A stretch of DNA of 14,215 nucleotides from Fidelibacterota bacterium (GTDB taxonomy: Bacteria; Fidelibacterota; Marinisomatia; Marinisomatales; UBA2128), in the NCBI GenBank assembly GCA_046861645.1, contig JBHHUM010000055.1, positions 1 to 14,215 on the forward strand. Reading direction: 5' to 3'. The notes below the pieces were generated by a model. The model did no database searches. It saw only the letters and a list, made by a program, of their open reading frames with translations, and was not told where the DNA came from. Below are positions 1 through 8,876 of the stretch, piece after piece. Position 1 is the stretch's first letter; each line of letters starts with the position of its first letter. The translations under genes and the position numbers were made by a program.

Positions 1-56
1 CACTGGACGGGGATTACGCTGCGCTCCATTCCCGCCAGTGAGCTTTGACGTTAGAA
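1..56 (+). mobile_element. Integron attC recombination site, truncated by the window start (R'' and part of L'' missing)
   Basis: Imperfect hairpin: CACTGG(1-6) pairs with CCAGTG(35-40); A7 is unpaired (extrahelical T on the bottom strand); CGGGGAT(8-14) pairs with ATTCCCG(28-34) with one G-T; 13-nt loop. L'-like AGTGAGC(37-43), 6-nt spacer TTTGAC, then R' core GTTAGAA(50-56, 6/7 to GTTRRRY). This order and spacing match attC architecture. Confidence 0.75.
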
Positions 57-184
57 GGTGTTGTGACTTATCATAAGATTACTGTGAAAATGGTCAAGAT
101 TTTTGTCCCGACACGCTTTACTTGGAAAGCATAATCAAATTAAATAACAATCTTTTTCTAAATATATAAAAACTAAATCCAGAA

Positions 185-3127
185 TTATTTACTATTCCCC
201 GGCTTTAATATAGCTCCTGCACCAATTCTTCCATCCATCTGGATAATGAATGGTTCGTCGAATTTCAACCAATTCAGATGTGCTGTCTGTTCAAATATCT
301 TTTGTTTCCGCAACCAATTCCAATCCAAAGAATCTCCCCTGGCTCTGGGATTTACTGTGAAGTACCCCACTCGTAGCGAGGTCACATTCTGGAAAAAATG
401 GCTACCAAATGAAGGATCAATATGGAATTCTTCCAGGCTGGCTTCCACAATCACCTTGGCATGAGATATCTGCTTCCAGTTTACAGGTATCCCCAACCAG
501 GGGTCAGCCGAACCCCAACGTCCAGGTCCAATCAGAATATAACGGTTTCGAGAATTCATCTCAGCGTTCAAAACTTCTATTTCCCTGGCAATTTCTATGG
601 TGCTTGACGCATCAAATTTCTGAGGGTCTACAAATATTACATCAAAAATATCTTCAATTACTCCATTTCCTAAAATCAGATTACTCCTGCATACTGTATC
701 AGTTTTAGGGACATCCATTACATCGATGGCCGTACGATACGCTTCTGAAGCCATAGGTCGCATCTGAAGGAGACAAAATTCGGAAGGCTTAGCATTATGA
801 ATATTAACACAGAATTCAGCTTCAATCGGTGAACCAAACGCCTCTTCACCAATGGTAAGAAGCTCCACCAGAATATCTGCTAAAGGAAATGTTTTCCATT
901 TCAAAATATTAGCAAAGGTGATTATCCTGGGTCCTTTATGCTGTAAAGATTCTCTCAAAACATCATCTGCACCTGTTAAAACACTGGCAAGATCACGAAT
1001 GCTTCCATCCGTTTCAGCTACTTCTAATTCAAGCTTTATAAGATCATCATCAGCATCATCATTGGCTTCGGTAGGTTCCAGAGGTAGGGCATAGAAAAAC
1101 CGTTGTGAATTCTCCAACATGGCAGCAGGTGAATAGAACTGAGGCAAAATCGATGGATAACGTGGACAGAACCTAAGGCATCGTTCTCCTTCCATAATTA
1201 ACTTACCAAAACCGAGGGCTGTGTAAGCAATCCCATCTTCACGTTTCAAATAGGAGATAGGATAATAATTCATACTCAAAACTGTACCGCTGAAAGTAGG
1301 ATAAAAGTTGTTTCCGTGTGTAATTCCTACTAACTCCTGTAAAATTACTGCCATTTTTTCCTGTTCAGGACTATGAAGAGATGATGCCATGAGAGACTTT
1401 GATTCCTGCAAAAACATGGAAGCATAAATAAGTTTGATAGCGCTTTCTAATTGCTCCAATCGTTCCTCCAAATTGGAAGCGTTATTAGGCAGCATATAAG
1501 TGGAGTAAACACCGGCTAAGGACATTACTTTAGAATCCTCTAATAAGCCAGATGATCTGACAGCCAGGGGATGTTTTACTTTTATGAGGTAAGAGCTTAG
1601 TACTTCCTTTAATTTCTCGGGAAGATCGCAACTAAGAAATTTCAATTTAACTCGTTTATCCTGTTTAGCTCTTAAAGCGTAACTCCAAAGATGATTTATA
1701 GTCATAAATTCATCGAAGAAATCGGTACCAATGACTCCCATATTGGGTACACGAATGTTCACGTCAGGAAACTTATTCTGAATATCAGATCGGGATATTA
1801 ATCGATTGGCATAAGCTAACCCTCTGGCCTTTCCTCCCAAAGATCCTCGTCCAAACCTGACCAAAGCTGTTGAAGGATCGAAAGAATCAGTAGAATAATC
1901 AACAATTTGTCTCCTTCGAATATCCTTTCGCGATACCATTATCGTTTCCAAGAGAAAATGTCGAAGATCTGAAACTGAAGCAAAATCCTTCAGAGTTAAG
2001 GGCCTTAAAAGGGATGCTGCTTTAAACTCCCCTCGAGCAGCTAACCAGTTCGAGAAATGGTTGTGAGAAGCATGATACCGGATCGATTCTTCCGGCACTT
2101 CCTTTAACTTGCCCTGAAAATCATACAAATTAGCAGCTCGCTCTACTTCCCTACCGTTGGGTAAACGGAAAACAAAATCGCCGAAACCAAAATTTTCCAA
2201 GATCACCTGACGTAATTCTCGAATGAAAGTATCGGCATACTTATGCAGAAAATAACTTCCTACTTCACTAGCCAACTTGGCAACATCCTCCTGCGAGGAC
2301 TGAAGAATAATGGGCATAGCTTCATCACTTTTGCGTATCCACTTCGCTAGCTTTACACCGGCCCTTTTATCTGATTTGCCACTTTTAGGAAAACGAATGT
2401 CTAATATGACACCCAGGAGATTTTCTCGAAATTTTCGGTAGAGTTCTTCAGCCTCTTCGTAATAAGTGGCCAATAGAATCTTCGGACGACCTCTCATTCG
2501 TAACAATCGATGTGCATCATTAAGACTTTTATCCATTAGCTGTCTGGTGTGATATATAATTTCAGTATATATCGTAGGTAGAAACATCGAATAGTAGTCT
2601 GGATTATCTTCAACAACTATGATAGCCCTGACGTTACCGGTTTTAATATCGTCTGAAATATTTCGGGCATCCTCCACATATTTGATTACAGCAGGAAAAA
2701 CTGAAGCGTCACCACTCCAAATAAAGACTCTATCTACGATAGTTCTCATTAAATCATCAGGTATACCAGACAGTTCAGCCATGTTATAGGCGAGCATAAT
2801 CAGAGGGATATTCGTGTATTCTTCTCTGACCGATAGGCAAAATGATACCGGATCTTTGTCAGAAAGACGGGGCATTGTGATAATTAAGTCACATCGATTC
2901 CCAGCTAAAAAAGCCATAGCATCCGATGCTGTGGAAACCCGAGAAACTCTGGGGGCCGAGGAGAGATTCATCCCCACATATTCCTGATAGATTTGCTCAG
3001 TCAAACGACCATCTTCTTCCAGGATATAGGCGTCATAGGGACTGGCTACGAGAAGTATCTCATGGATACGATATTGCATTAAATCATGCCAGTTCCAATC
3101 GGTGTTGGTTACTAAATCAGGCTTCAT
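185..3127 (-). CDS. PEP/pyruvate-binding (PPDK_N, ATP-grasp-like) domain protein with N-terminal receiver-like domains; often annotated as 'phosphoenolpyruvate synthase', 980 aa
   Basis: PPDK_N motifs GSLGGKARGL, PLAVRSSGLLED, AGVYSTY, EKMAVILQELVG, ALGFGK, IEAEFC..LLQMRP. Receiver-like segments (ILLVAS..DLIIT; IIVVEDN..GVILDIRFP..PIILQSS). A YHASHNHFSNWL helical domain and a C-terminal ILIGPGRWGS domain. No GGxTSHAA phospho-His domain seen. Confidence 0.85.
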   Translation of the reverse strand: MKPDLVTNTDWNWHDLMQYRIHEILLVASPYDAYILEEDGRLTEQIYQEYVGMNLSSAPRVSRVSTASDAMAFLAGNRCDLIITMPRLSDKDPVSFCLSVREEYTNIPLIMLAYNMAELSGIPDDLMRTIVDRVFIWSGDASVFPAVIKYVEDARNISDDIKTGNVRAIIVVEDNPDYYSMFLPTIYTEIIYHTRQLMDKSLNDAHRLLRMRGRPKILLATYYEEAEELYRKFRENLLGVILDIRFPKSGKSDKRAGVKLAKWIRKSDEAMPIILQSSQEDVAKLASEVGSYFLHKYADTFIRELRQVILENFGFGDFVFRLPNGREVERAANLYDFQGKLKEVPEESIRYHASHNHFSNWLAARGEFKAASLLRPLTLKDFASVSDLRHFLLETIMVSRKDIRRRQIVDYSTDSFDPSTALVRFGRGSLGGKARGLAYANRLISRSDIQNKFPDVNIRVPNMGVIGTDFFDEFMTINHLWSYALRAKQDKRVKLKFLSCDLPEKLKEVLSSYLIKVKHPLAVRSSGLLEDSKVMSLAGVYSTYMLPNNASNLEERLEQLESAIKLIYASMFLQESKSLMASSLHSPEQEKMAVILQELVGITHGNNFYPTFSGTVLSMNYYPISYLKREDGIAYTALGFGKLIMEGERCLRFCPRYPSILPQFYSPAAMLENSQRFFYALPLEPTEANDDADDDLIKLELEVAETDGSIRDLASVLTGADDVLRESLQHKGPRIITFANILKWKTFPLADILVELLTIGEEAFGSPIEAEFCVNIHNAKPSEFCLLQMRPMASEAYRTAIDVMDVPKTDTVCRSNLILGNGVIEDIFDVIFVDPQKFDASSTIEIAREIEVLNAEMNSRNRYILIGPGRWGSADPWLGIPVNWKQISHAKVIVEASLEEFHIDPSFGSHFFQNVTSLRVGYFTVNPRARGDSLDWNWLRKQKIFEQTAHLNWLKFDEPFIIQMDGRIGAGAILKPGNSK

Positions 3128-3216
3128 AATAAAGGATAATTAACACCCTTTAGTGAAAAAAGCAAATCCGCTGTGAAATAATATTGAATAATATAAAGGA
3201 AATTAAAGAAACTGGA

Positions 3217-6200
3217 TCAGTCGAATCTTACCGAGACTATCTTGGATACTCCGGATTGTTCCATAGTTACGCCATAAAGAAAGCGTGCCGCTTCCATTGT
3301 TAATTTGTTATGTGTAACAATAATGAATTGCGTCTGATCAGAGAATTTCTCCAGGGCTCGCGTAAACTTCCCAATGTTATTATCATCAAGGGGAGCATCC
3401 ACTTCATCCAAAATACAAAAAGGACTGGGCTTTACCTGGTAAATGGAGAAGAGGAGAGATATGGCAGTTAATGCCTTCTCTCCAGCAGAGAGCATTCTCA
3501 AATTCTGAGTTCGCTTACCTGGAGGTCTGGCCAGTATAGTGATATCTGATTCCAGAGGATCATCACCTCTCAGCTCCAGATTGGCTTCACCACCTTCAAA
3601 AAATAGGACAAATGTTTTCTTGAAATTTTCTCGGATAGACTCAAAAGTGTCTGTGAATTGTTTTCGAGCTTTAGTATCAATATGGTGAATACTTTTTAAA
3701 AGACTCTTCTCAGACTCTTCTAGATCGCTACGTTGTTTCTGCAGGAATTCCAGACGATTATGTTCTACTTCAAACTCATCCTTTACAGCCATATTTACAG
3801 GTCCGATTCTTTCTAGGCTTCGTTCTATTTTGTCTATTTCGAGAGATATATCCACAACATCCCATTGTACATCAAGTACTGACGGTATTGGTGTTTTATA
3901 TTTCTCCTGAATCCTACTAGAGATAAGATCCGTTTGTCTACTAAAATCCGCTACTTGTAACTCCAAGCGTTTTAATTCTTCTATTTCGCGCTCCCGTTCT
4001 CGCAGTTCATCACGTATTTCTCTCTCATGGTATTCAATCTGCTCCTGGGTCTCAGAATAAGCTTCCTTTCTCAAATCTCGAATGGAGATTTGTTTTAAAT
4101 ACTGGGCGTTAATCTTTGTTGACTCTTTTTCCAACGTTTTAATTTCTTGTTCTTTTTCTGTTAGAGAAGACTTTAATAAATTTCTTTCACTGATAAGCTC
4201 GTTTTTACGTTGTTTCTTCTCATTGATGATTTCCTTAATACCCTCGATTCGATAATGTAGGGCATCACGTCTCTTTTCCAAATCCATCAAATCAAGTTTT
4301 ATCTGTTGAACCTGAGTATTAGTAGCTTCATACTGGGAACGAGCATTCTCTAAACTGGACCTGGCATCTCCAACAAGATTTTTCTGTTTTGATGTTTTTT
4401 CAACTATTTTAGCTATCTGAGTTCGATCCCGCTCCAGATTTCCTTCTAAACCGTTTATTTCATTCTTCAAGTTCAATTTTGAAGTGGAAAACTCATCTTT
4501 TCTTGACTGGTATTGAGATAAGAGGGGTAGTATCGTTGCAGCTTCTGTAGATAACTCAGATAATTGGGACTGTAATACTTTCATCTCACGGGAAATCTTT
4601 TCTCTTTCGTTGAAAGTTTCTTTATAAGATTGCTCAATTGTAGACAGTTCCGTGACTAGTTCTTCAACACTTATATTTTCTAATTCCTTTTCGAGTTTAG
4701 ACAGAATTTCCTTCCTGGACAGGATACTCTCTTCTCCCCTACCCGTTGTCCGAATCAACCCGTTGTAATCGTAATAAGTTCCATCAAGGTCGACTATGTT
4801 CCCTGAGAATTCAATCTCTTTCCGATATCTCTCAGCAGTAGTATTATCTTTGACCACTATAGTGTCTCCTAGAAGAAAATCTACGAGAGGTCTAATTGAT
4901 TCTTCGCAATTAACCAGGTTAGCAGCATTGTCGATGATTCCATTCATCGAGGACTGGTTCTTTTTACTTCTTGATGGAACTGAATCTAGTGATATAATGT
5001 ACACTGTACCGGCCTTTGCCTTGTTAATAGAATCAGACACTACTATTGCCTGACGACGAGTTTTAGCAATTAAAAGGGATTGATATTCTCCTAAAGTCGC
5101 TTCGATAGCGGGGCGATATTGTTTATCTACATTTATTAGATCTGAAAGGGTTCCTATAACACCAGGGAAGTTTTTGAGATTATTTAATACAGTTCGAGTA
5201 CCACTGGGATGACCCTCGTTGCTATCAATGATATTTTGATAAAATTTTATCTGCTCTTTAAGAGTAGCCTCTTTCCCTTCAGCGAATTGTTTTTTTCTAC
5301 TGAGTTCATCTTTACGTTCTGATAGATCATTATAAGTTTTGTTCAATTCTGTAAGATAAGCCTTTTGTTCTTCATATTGAGTTTGCACTAAGTCGATATC
5401 CTCTTGGATTAGAACTTGTCTTTGCTCCAGTTCTTCAATCTGGTTTTCGATTGCTGCAGACTGATTGCTTAACTCTGATAACTGATGGCGACGATCCTCC
5501 AAAAGGTATTCTGTTCGCTCGACCAGGGACTTGAGAGTATTCTCTTCGTGTTGATATTTAATGAACTGTTCAGTTAATTTATCATACGATTCTTGCTTAT
5601 AGGTGTAGTCAGCACTATCTTTTTCCAACTGTTGTTGAGCTACTTGAAATTCTGTGAGTTTTGCTTCAACATTAGGATCTACTTCTGTTAACTCCCTGTT
5701 GATGGAATTCATTGCTTTTTTATAATCACTAATCCGTATGTCACAAGCAGAGGACTCCTGAGTTGCCCGTTCAATATCACGCTTAGTAGTTTTTATTTGT
5801 TCACTCAACACAAGAATTCGATTATTCTTTTCCTGTCTGATTTCAGTGAGAGAGTCAATCTTTTCTTGGATAGCAGCCAGTTCTTCCTGCTGTTTTCGAG
5901 AAATTGAACGGAGTTTTTCTAAAGCGTCCTCTCTTCCTTGTTCAGCATCCTTACGAGTAGATTGATGTAACGTCAATGATTCAATTTTATTTTGCAAGGG
6001 TTCAATCTTATTCCTGAGATCGTACTGTTGCAGGTAGGCTAATTCTATTTCAAGCTCTTGTAGTTTCCGGGTCAGTTTGGCATGACGATCATATCTCTTC
6101 AATTGCAACTGGAGAGCTTGGACTTTACTCTCTACTTCACTAATAATATCACTAACTCGATTTAAATCTCCTTTGGTCAGTTCCAACCGGTTCAATGTCG

Positions 6201-6726
6201 TTTTACGTTGATGTTTATACTTATTAATACCCGCTGCTTCTTCAAACATCCGTCTACGGTCATCGGCATTTTCACTCAGAATATCTTCGATCATCTTCAG
6301 TTCAATCACTGAATAGGCATCTGCTCCCATACCCGTATCCACAAAAAGATCCTGTATATCTTTCAACCGGCATTTACTTCGATTGATCATATACTGACTC
6401 TCTCCGTTACGAAAGATACGACGAGCAATTTCCACATCATTGTAGTCAACCGGTAGCATACCTCTATTATTATGGACTACCAGGCTGACTTCACAAACAT
6501 TAACAGGGCGCTTACTTTCTGAACCATTAAAGATAATGTCCTCCATCCTGGAACTACGGAGAGTGCTGTATTTTTGTTCACCCAAAACCCAGCGAATAGC
6601 ATCAACTATGTTAGTTTTTCCGCAACCATTAGGCCCAACTACGGCAGTAATACCTTCACCAAAATGAAGTTTCTCTTTTTGAGCGAAGGATTTAAAACCT
6701 TGTAACGAGAGATCAGAAATATACAT
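3217..6726 (-). CDS. smc: Chromosome segregation protein SMC, 1169 aa
   Basis: N-terminal LQGFKSFA and Walker A GPNGCGKTN; long coiled coils; central hinge (GVIGTLSDLI..YRPAIEATLG..LLGDT); GPVNMAV; signature LSAGEK; Walker B/D-loop ILDEVDAPLD; H-loop IIVTH. Confidence 0.97.
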   Translation of the reverse strand: MYISDLSLQGFKSFAQKEKLHFGEGITAVVGPNGCGKTNIVDAIRWVLGEQKYSTLRSSRMEDIIFNGSESKRPVNVCEVSLVVHNNRGMLPVDYNDVEIARRIFRNGESQYMINRSKCRLKDIQDLFVDTGMGADAYSVIELKMIEDILSENADDRRRMFEEAAGINKYKHQRKTTLNRLELTKGDLNRVSDIISEVESKVQALQLQLKRYDRHAKLTRKLQELEIELAYLQQYDLRNKIEPLQNKIESLTLHQSTRKDAEQGREDALEKLRSISRKQQEELAAIQEKIDSLTEIRQEKNNRILVLSEQIKTTKRDIERATQESSACDIRISDYKKAMNSINRELTEVDPNVEAKLTEFQVAQQQLEKDSADYTYKQESYDKLTEQFIKYQHEENTLKSLVERTEYLLEDRRHQLSELSNQSAAIENQIEELEQRQVLIQEDIDLVQTQYEEQKAYLTELNKTYNDLSERKDELSRKKQFAEGKEATLKEQIKFYQNIIDSNEGHPSGTRTVLNNLKNFPGVIGTLSDLINVDKQYRPAIEATLGEYQSLLIAKTRRQAIVVSDSINKAKAGTVYIISLDSVPSRSKKNQSSMNGIIDNAANLVNCEESIRPLVDFLLGDTIVVKDNTTAERYRKEIEFSGNIVDLDGTYYDYNGLIRTTGRGEESILSRKEILSKLEKELENISVEELVTELSTIEQSYKETFNEREKISREMKVLQSQLSELSTEAATILPLLSQYQSRKDEFSTSKLNLKNEINGLEGNLERDRTQIAKIVEKTSKQKNLVGDARSSLENARSQYEATNTQVQQIKLDLMDLEKRRDALHYRIEGIKEIINEKKQRKNELISERNLLKSSLTEKEQEIKTLEKESTKINAQYLKQISIRDLRKEAYSETQEQIEYHEREIRDELREREREIEELKRLELQVADFSRQTDLISSRIQEKYKTPIPSVLDVQWDVVDISLEIDKIERSLERIGPVNMAVKDEFEVEHNRLEFLQKQRSDLEESEKSLLKSIHHIDTKARKQFTDTFESIRENFKKTFVLFFEGGEANLELRGDDPLESDITILARPPGKRTQNLRMLSAGEKALTAISLLFSIYQVKPSPFCILDEVDAPLDDNNIGKFTRALEKFSDQTQFIIVTHNKLTMEAARFLYGVTMEQSGVSKIVSVRFD

Positions 6727-6774
6727 CTTTTAGTGATAGGCGATTTTCTTTAAGGATATACTTAAAATTTCCAG

Positions 6775-6802
6775 AAGATATTTCCTCTTTATTAACCTGC
6801 AA
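6775..6802 (-). promoter_or_regulatory. Candidate sigma70-type promoter for smc
   Basis: Minus strand TTGCAG(6802-6797), 16-bp spacer, TATCTT(6780-6775), about 50 nt upstream of the smc ATG. The AT-rich context makes chance matches likely. Confidence 0.25.
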
Positions 6803-6820
6803 TTTATCATTATTATTTTT

Positions 6821-7165
6821 CTACCCCGGTGGCCAACTCATTGGCCGTCCACCCAACAAATGAAGATGAATATGAAATACCGCTTGTCCGGCATCAGCAT
6901 TACAGTTGAACACAGTTCTGTACCCTGACTCTGCGATTCCGAGATTAGTTGCAATTCTACTGGCTGTCCTGACCATATCACCTACTACGAAACTATCATT
7001 ATCTTTCAAATCGTTGAGGGTGGCAATATGCTTTTTGGGGATAATCAAAACATGATGTGGGGCTTGGGGATTGATATCGTTGAATGCTAAGATTTCATCT
7101 GACTCATAGACAATATCCCCGGGAATATCTCCCGTAATTATTCTACAGAATAGACATTCAGACAT
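6821..7165 (-). CDS. hinT: Histidine triad (HIT/HINT) nucleotide-binding protein, 114 aa
   Basis: CLFC Zn motif, AFNDINPQAPHHVLIIPKKH, GQAVFHIHLHLLGGR (HxHxH triad), C-terminal WPPG. Start moved from 7213 to ATG 7165 (MSECLFC), which is preceded by AGGAAG and overlaps the rsmE stop by 8 nt. Confidence 0.93.
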   Translation of the reverse strand: MSECLFCRIITGDIPGDIVYESDEILAFNDINPQAPHHVLIIPKKHIATLNDLKDNDSFVVGDMVRTASRIATNLGIAESGYRTVFNCNADAGQAVFHIHLHLLGGRPMSWPPG

Positions 7166-7895
7166 TGCTCTTCCTGGCATGAAAAAATTCAAGAGATACT
7201 GCTGCAGCTGCAATGGCTGCTGTTTCTGATCGCATTCGGGTATTGCCCAAGGAAACAGGAGAAATCTCCAGCCTTTTCAAAATAGCAATTTCATCTTTGT
7301 GATAACCCCCCTCTGGACCAACGAGTAATGAGATTTCCTCTGTATCTTTAATCGAATTAAGCCATCGATTCAACGGGATTGAGTCTAGTGAAGGATGAGT
7401 AAAAGCTTTAAATTCAACTGGAGACTTTTGGCACCAATCAACTAATCTCATAGAAGTCCTTAACTCTGGTATTAATCCTCTTCCACACTGCTTCTGGGCA
7501 CTGGCCATAACTCGCAACAGTCTTTCTCGATTATTATTCCTTTTTACTGAATGTTTCATTAATAAAGGAGTTATTGAAAATACTCCCAATTCGGTAGCCC
7601 GCTTAGCTACTTCAACCATCTTATTTCCTTTAAGTAAACCAATTGCTAAATGCAACCTGACAGCAGGGCTGTTATAATCGGTTATGGTTTCCTCCACATG
7701 TCCAGTAATTTCTACAGCGGCTACTTTATCGATTATTGACCGAAAAGCATTTCCCTTTTGATCGAGAAGATAAATTTCATCGCCTACACCCAATCGAACT
7801 ACATTTTTTAGGTGATGTCCTTCACTACCATTAAGAACAAATCTATCATCTTTAATACACTTAGGATCGATGAGGAAATGGTGCCGTTCTGTCAT
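7158..7895 (-). CDS. rsmE: 16S rRNA (uracil-1498-N3)-methyltransferase RsmE, 245 aa
   Basis: HHLKNVVRL, ATELGV, SAQKQCGR, and SPOUT motifs LVGPEGGY and SLGNTRMRSETA; ATGA overlap with the upstream gene stop (7892-7895). Confidence 0.95.
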   Translation of the reverse strand: MTERHHFLIDPKCIKDDRFVLNGSEGHHLKNVVRLGVGDEIYLLDQKGNAFRSIIDKVAAVEITGHVEETITDYNSPAVRLHLAIGLLKGNKMVEVAKRATELGVFSITPLLMKHSVKRNNNRERLLRVMASAQKQCGRGLIPELRTSMRLVDWCQKSPVEFKAFTHPSLDSIPLNRWLNSIKDTEEISLLVGPEGGYHKDEIAILKRLEISPVSLGNTRMRSETAAIAAAAVSLEFFHARKSNV

Positions 7896-8539
7896 AAGAT
7901 TCTCACCCTTTTGCCAAACATGATTTGCAGCACTCCCCCACTAAAATCTGATTCACCATCCATAGCTTTCTGGAAGTGGAAAACGTTATAACCAAAACTG
8001 ATCGAGAAAAATGAGCTACTGGGCATGATTATATCCGCCCCTAAAGTAAATAATCCACCCATATTAATGATGACTTCTGAACTACCCATAGCAGTTAAAA
8101 ATGATTTCTTATCTGGGGGATCTAACGCAACAATTGGACCTACACTTACCGAAAAAAAAGGAGAAAAACTGTTAGCTATTTTATCCATAAAAGGGTGAAA
8201 GCGAAAGCCTCCTATAAAAGGAAAGATGATAGCATTGGTTTGACGTGCTTGATATGTGTAACCCGTATATGGATCGACTATTGGAAATTCAGTATCAGCA
8301 CGGACATCCATGATCCCCCCCTGAAGATTGAACTGCAATTTTCGTCCTAGATCACTGACGTAATACCCACCAATCGTACCGCCATGAGCAGCATTCGAAA
8401 GAAATATTCCATAAGATTTCTCACTAATCTTGAGAGGAGATTGAGCTAGAAGAAAAGTTACTTGATTAACGATTAAAACCGCACTAATGATGAAAAAGCG
8501 CGGTAACGCTGTGCTCCGAGGTCTATTATTTAGTTTCAC
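7892..8539 (-). CDS. Hypothetical secreted protein, probable small outer-membrane beta-barrel
   Basis: Basic N-terminus then a hydrophobic stretch ending LLA|Q (signal peptide-like); alternating amphipathic Gly/aromatic strands (FPFIGGFRFHPF, PFFSVSVGP, GGLFTLGAD, ISFGYNVF, GGVLQIMFG). Start uncertain: GTG 8539 preferred over TTG 8575. Confidence 0.65.
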   Translation of the reverse strand: MKLNNRPRSTALPRFFIISAVLIVNQVTFLLAQSPLKISEKSYGIFLSNAAHGGTIGGYYVSDLGRKLQFNLQGGIMDVRADTEFPIVDPYTGYTYQARQTNAIIFPFIGGFRFHPFMDKIANSFSPFFSVSVGPIVALDPPDKKSFLTAMGSSEVIINMGGLFTLGADIIMPSSSFFSISFGYNVFHFQKAMDGESDFSGGVLQIMFGKRVRIL

Positions 8540-8876
8540 AAGGTTGAATTTATAAGTAATGTCGTCGAGAAACAAAGAATTATCAATAGATACATAGGTT
8601 CTGTGAGGATGTATATAAACAACATCTCGTCACTATTTAGCAAACTAATCCTGGATTCCTTGAAAAAATCCAAATAGTGATGGTAATATTCAAGAGATCA
8701 ATCTAGACGAAACTTTAAGTCTGTTTTTCAAATTACAATCTTATTTAAACTTAAAATTTGTGTAAAATAATCAGGGATGTTAAACAAAGATCAACTTCAT
8801 TTAAAGCTTCACTATAAATCCATACTGGTTATGTATAAATAACTTATTTTAAGAGTACTAGTACTAAAGTTCTATA

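Noticed and set aside
185..3127. Assigning ppsA/ppdK
   Set aside because: The phospho-His swivel motif and C-terminal PEP-binding barrel are not visible, so the gene symbol is not justified.
3137..3165. Sigma70 promoter TTGCTT-N17-TAATTA for the PPDK_N gene
   Set aside because: The -10 box lacks the conserved final T and the region is AT-rich; too weak to call.
3217..6726. SMC as a defence/plasmid-restriction ATPase (JetC/MksB) or SbcC, given the LSAGEK signature variant and no scpA/scpB nearby
   Set aside because: Length, hinge and all motifs are those of housekeeping SMC; no jetABD/mks or sbcD neighbours; smc is frequently unlinked from scpAB, and a G-to-A signature variant is minor.
7166..7213. 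16-aa N-terminal extension of the HIT ORF
   Set aside because: Lies inside rsmE; HINT proteins start just before the CxFC motif, and ATG 7165 has an SD-like AGGAAG.
8758..8840. dif/XerD-like strings GGATGTTAAAC (8775-8785) and TTATGTATAAAT (8829-8840)
   Set aside because: Neither has a XerC-like arm ending in TAA at the required 6-bp spacing; likely chance in AT-rich DNA.
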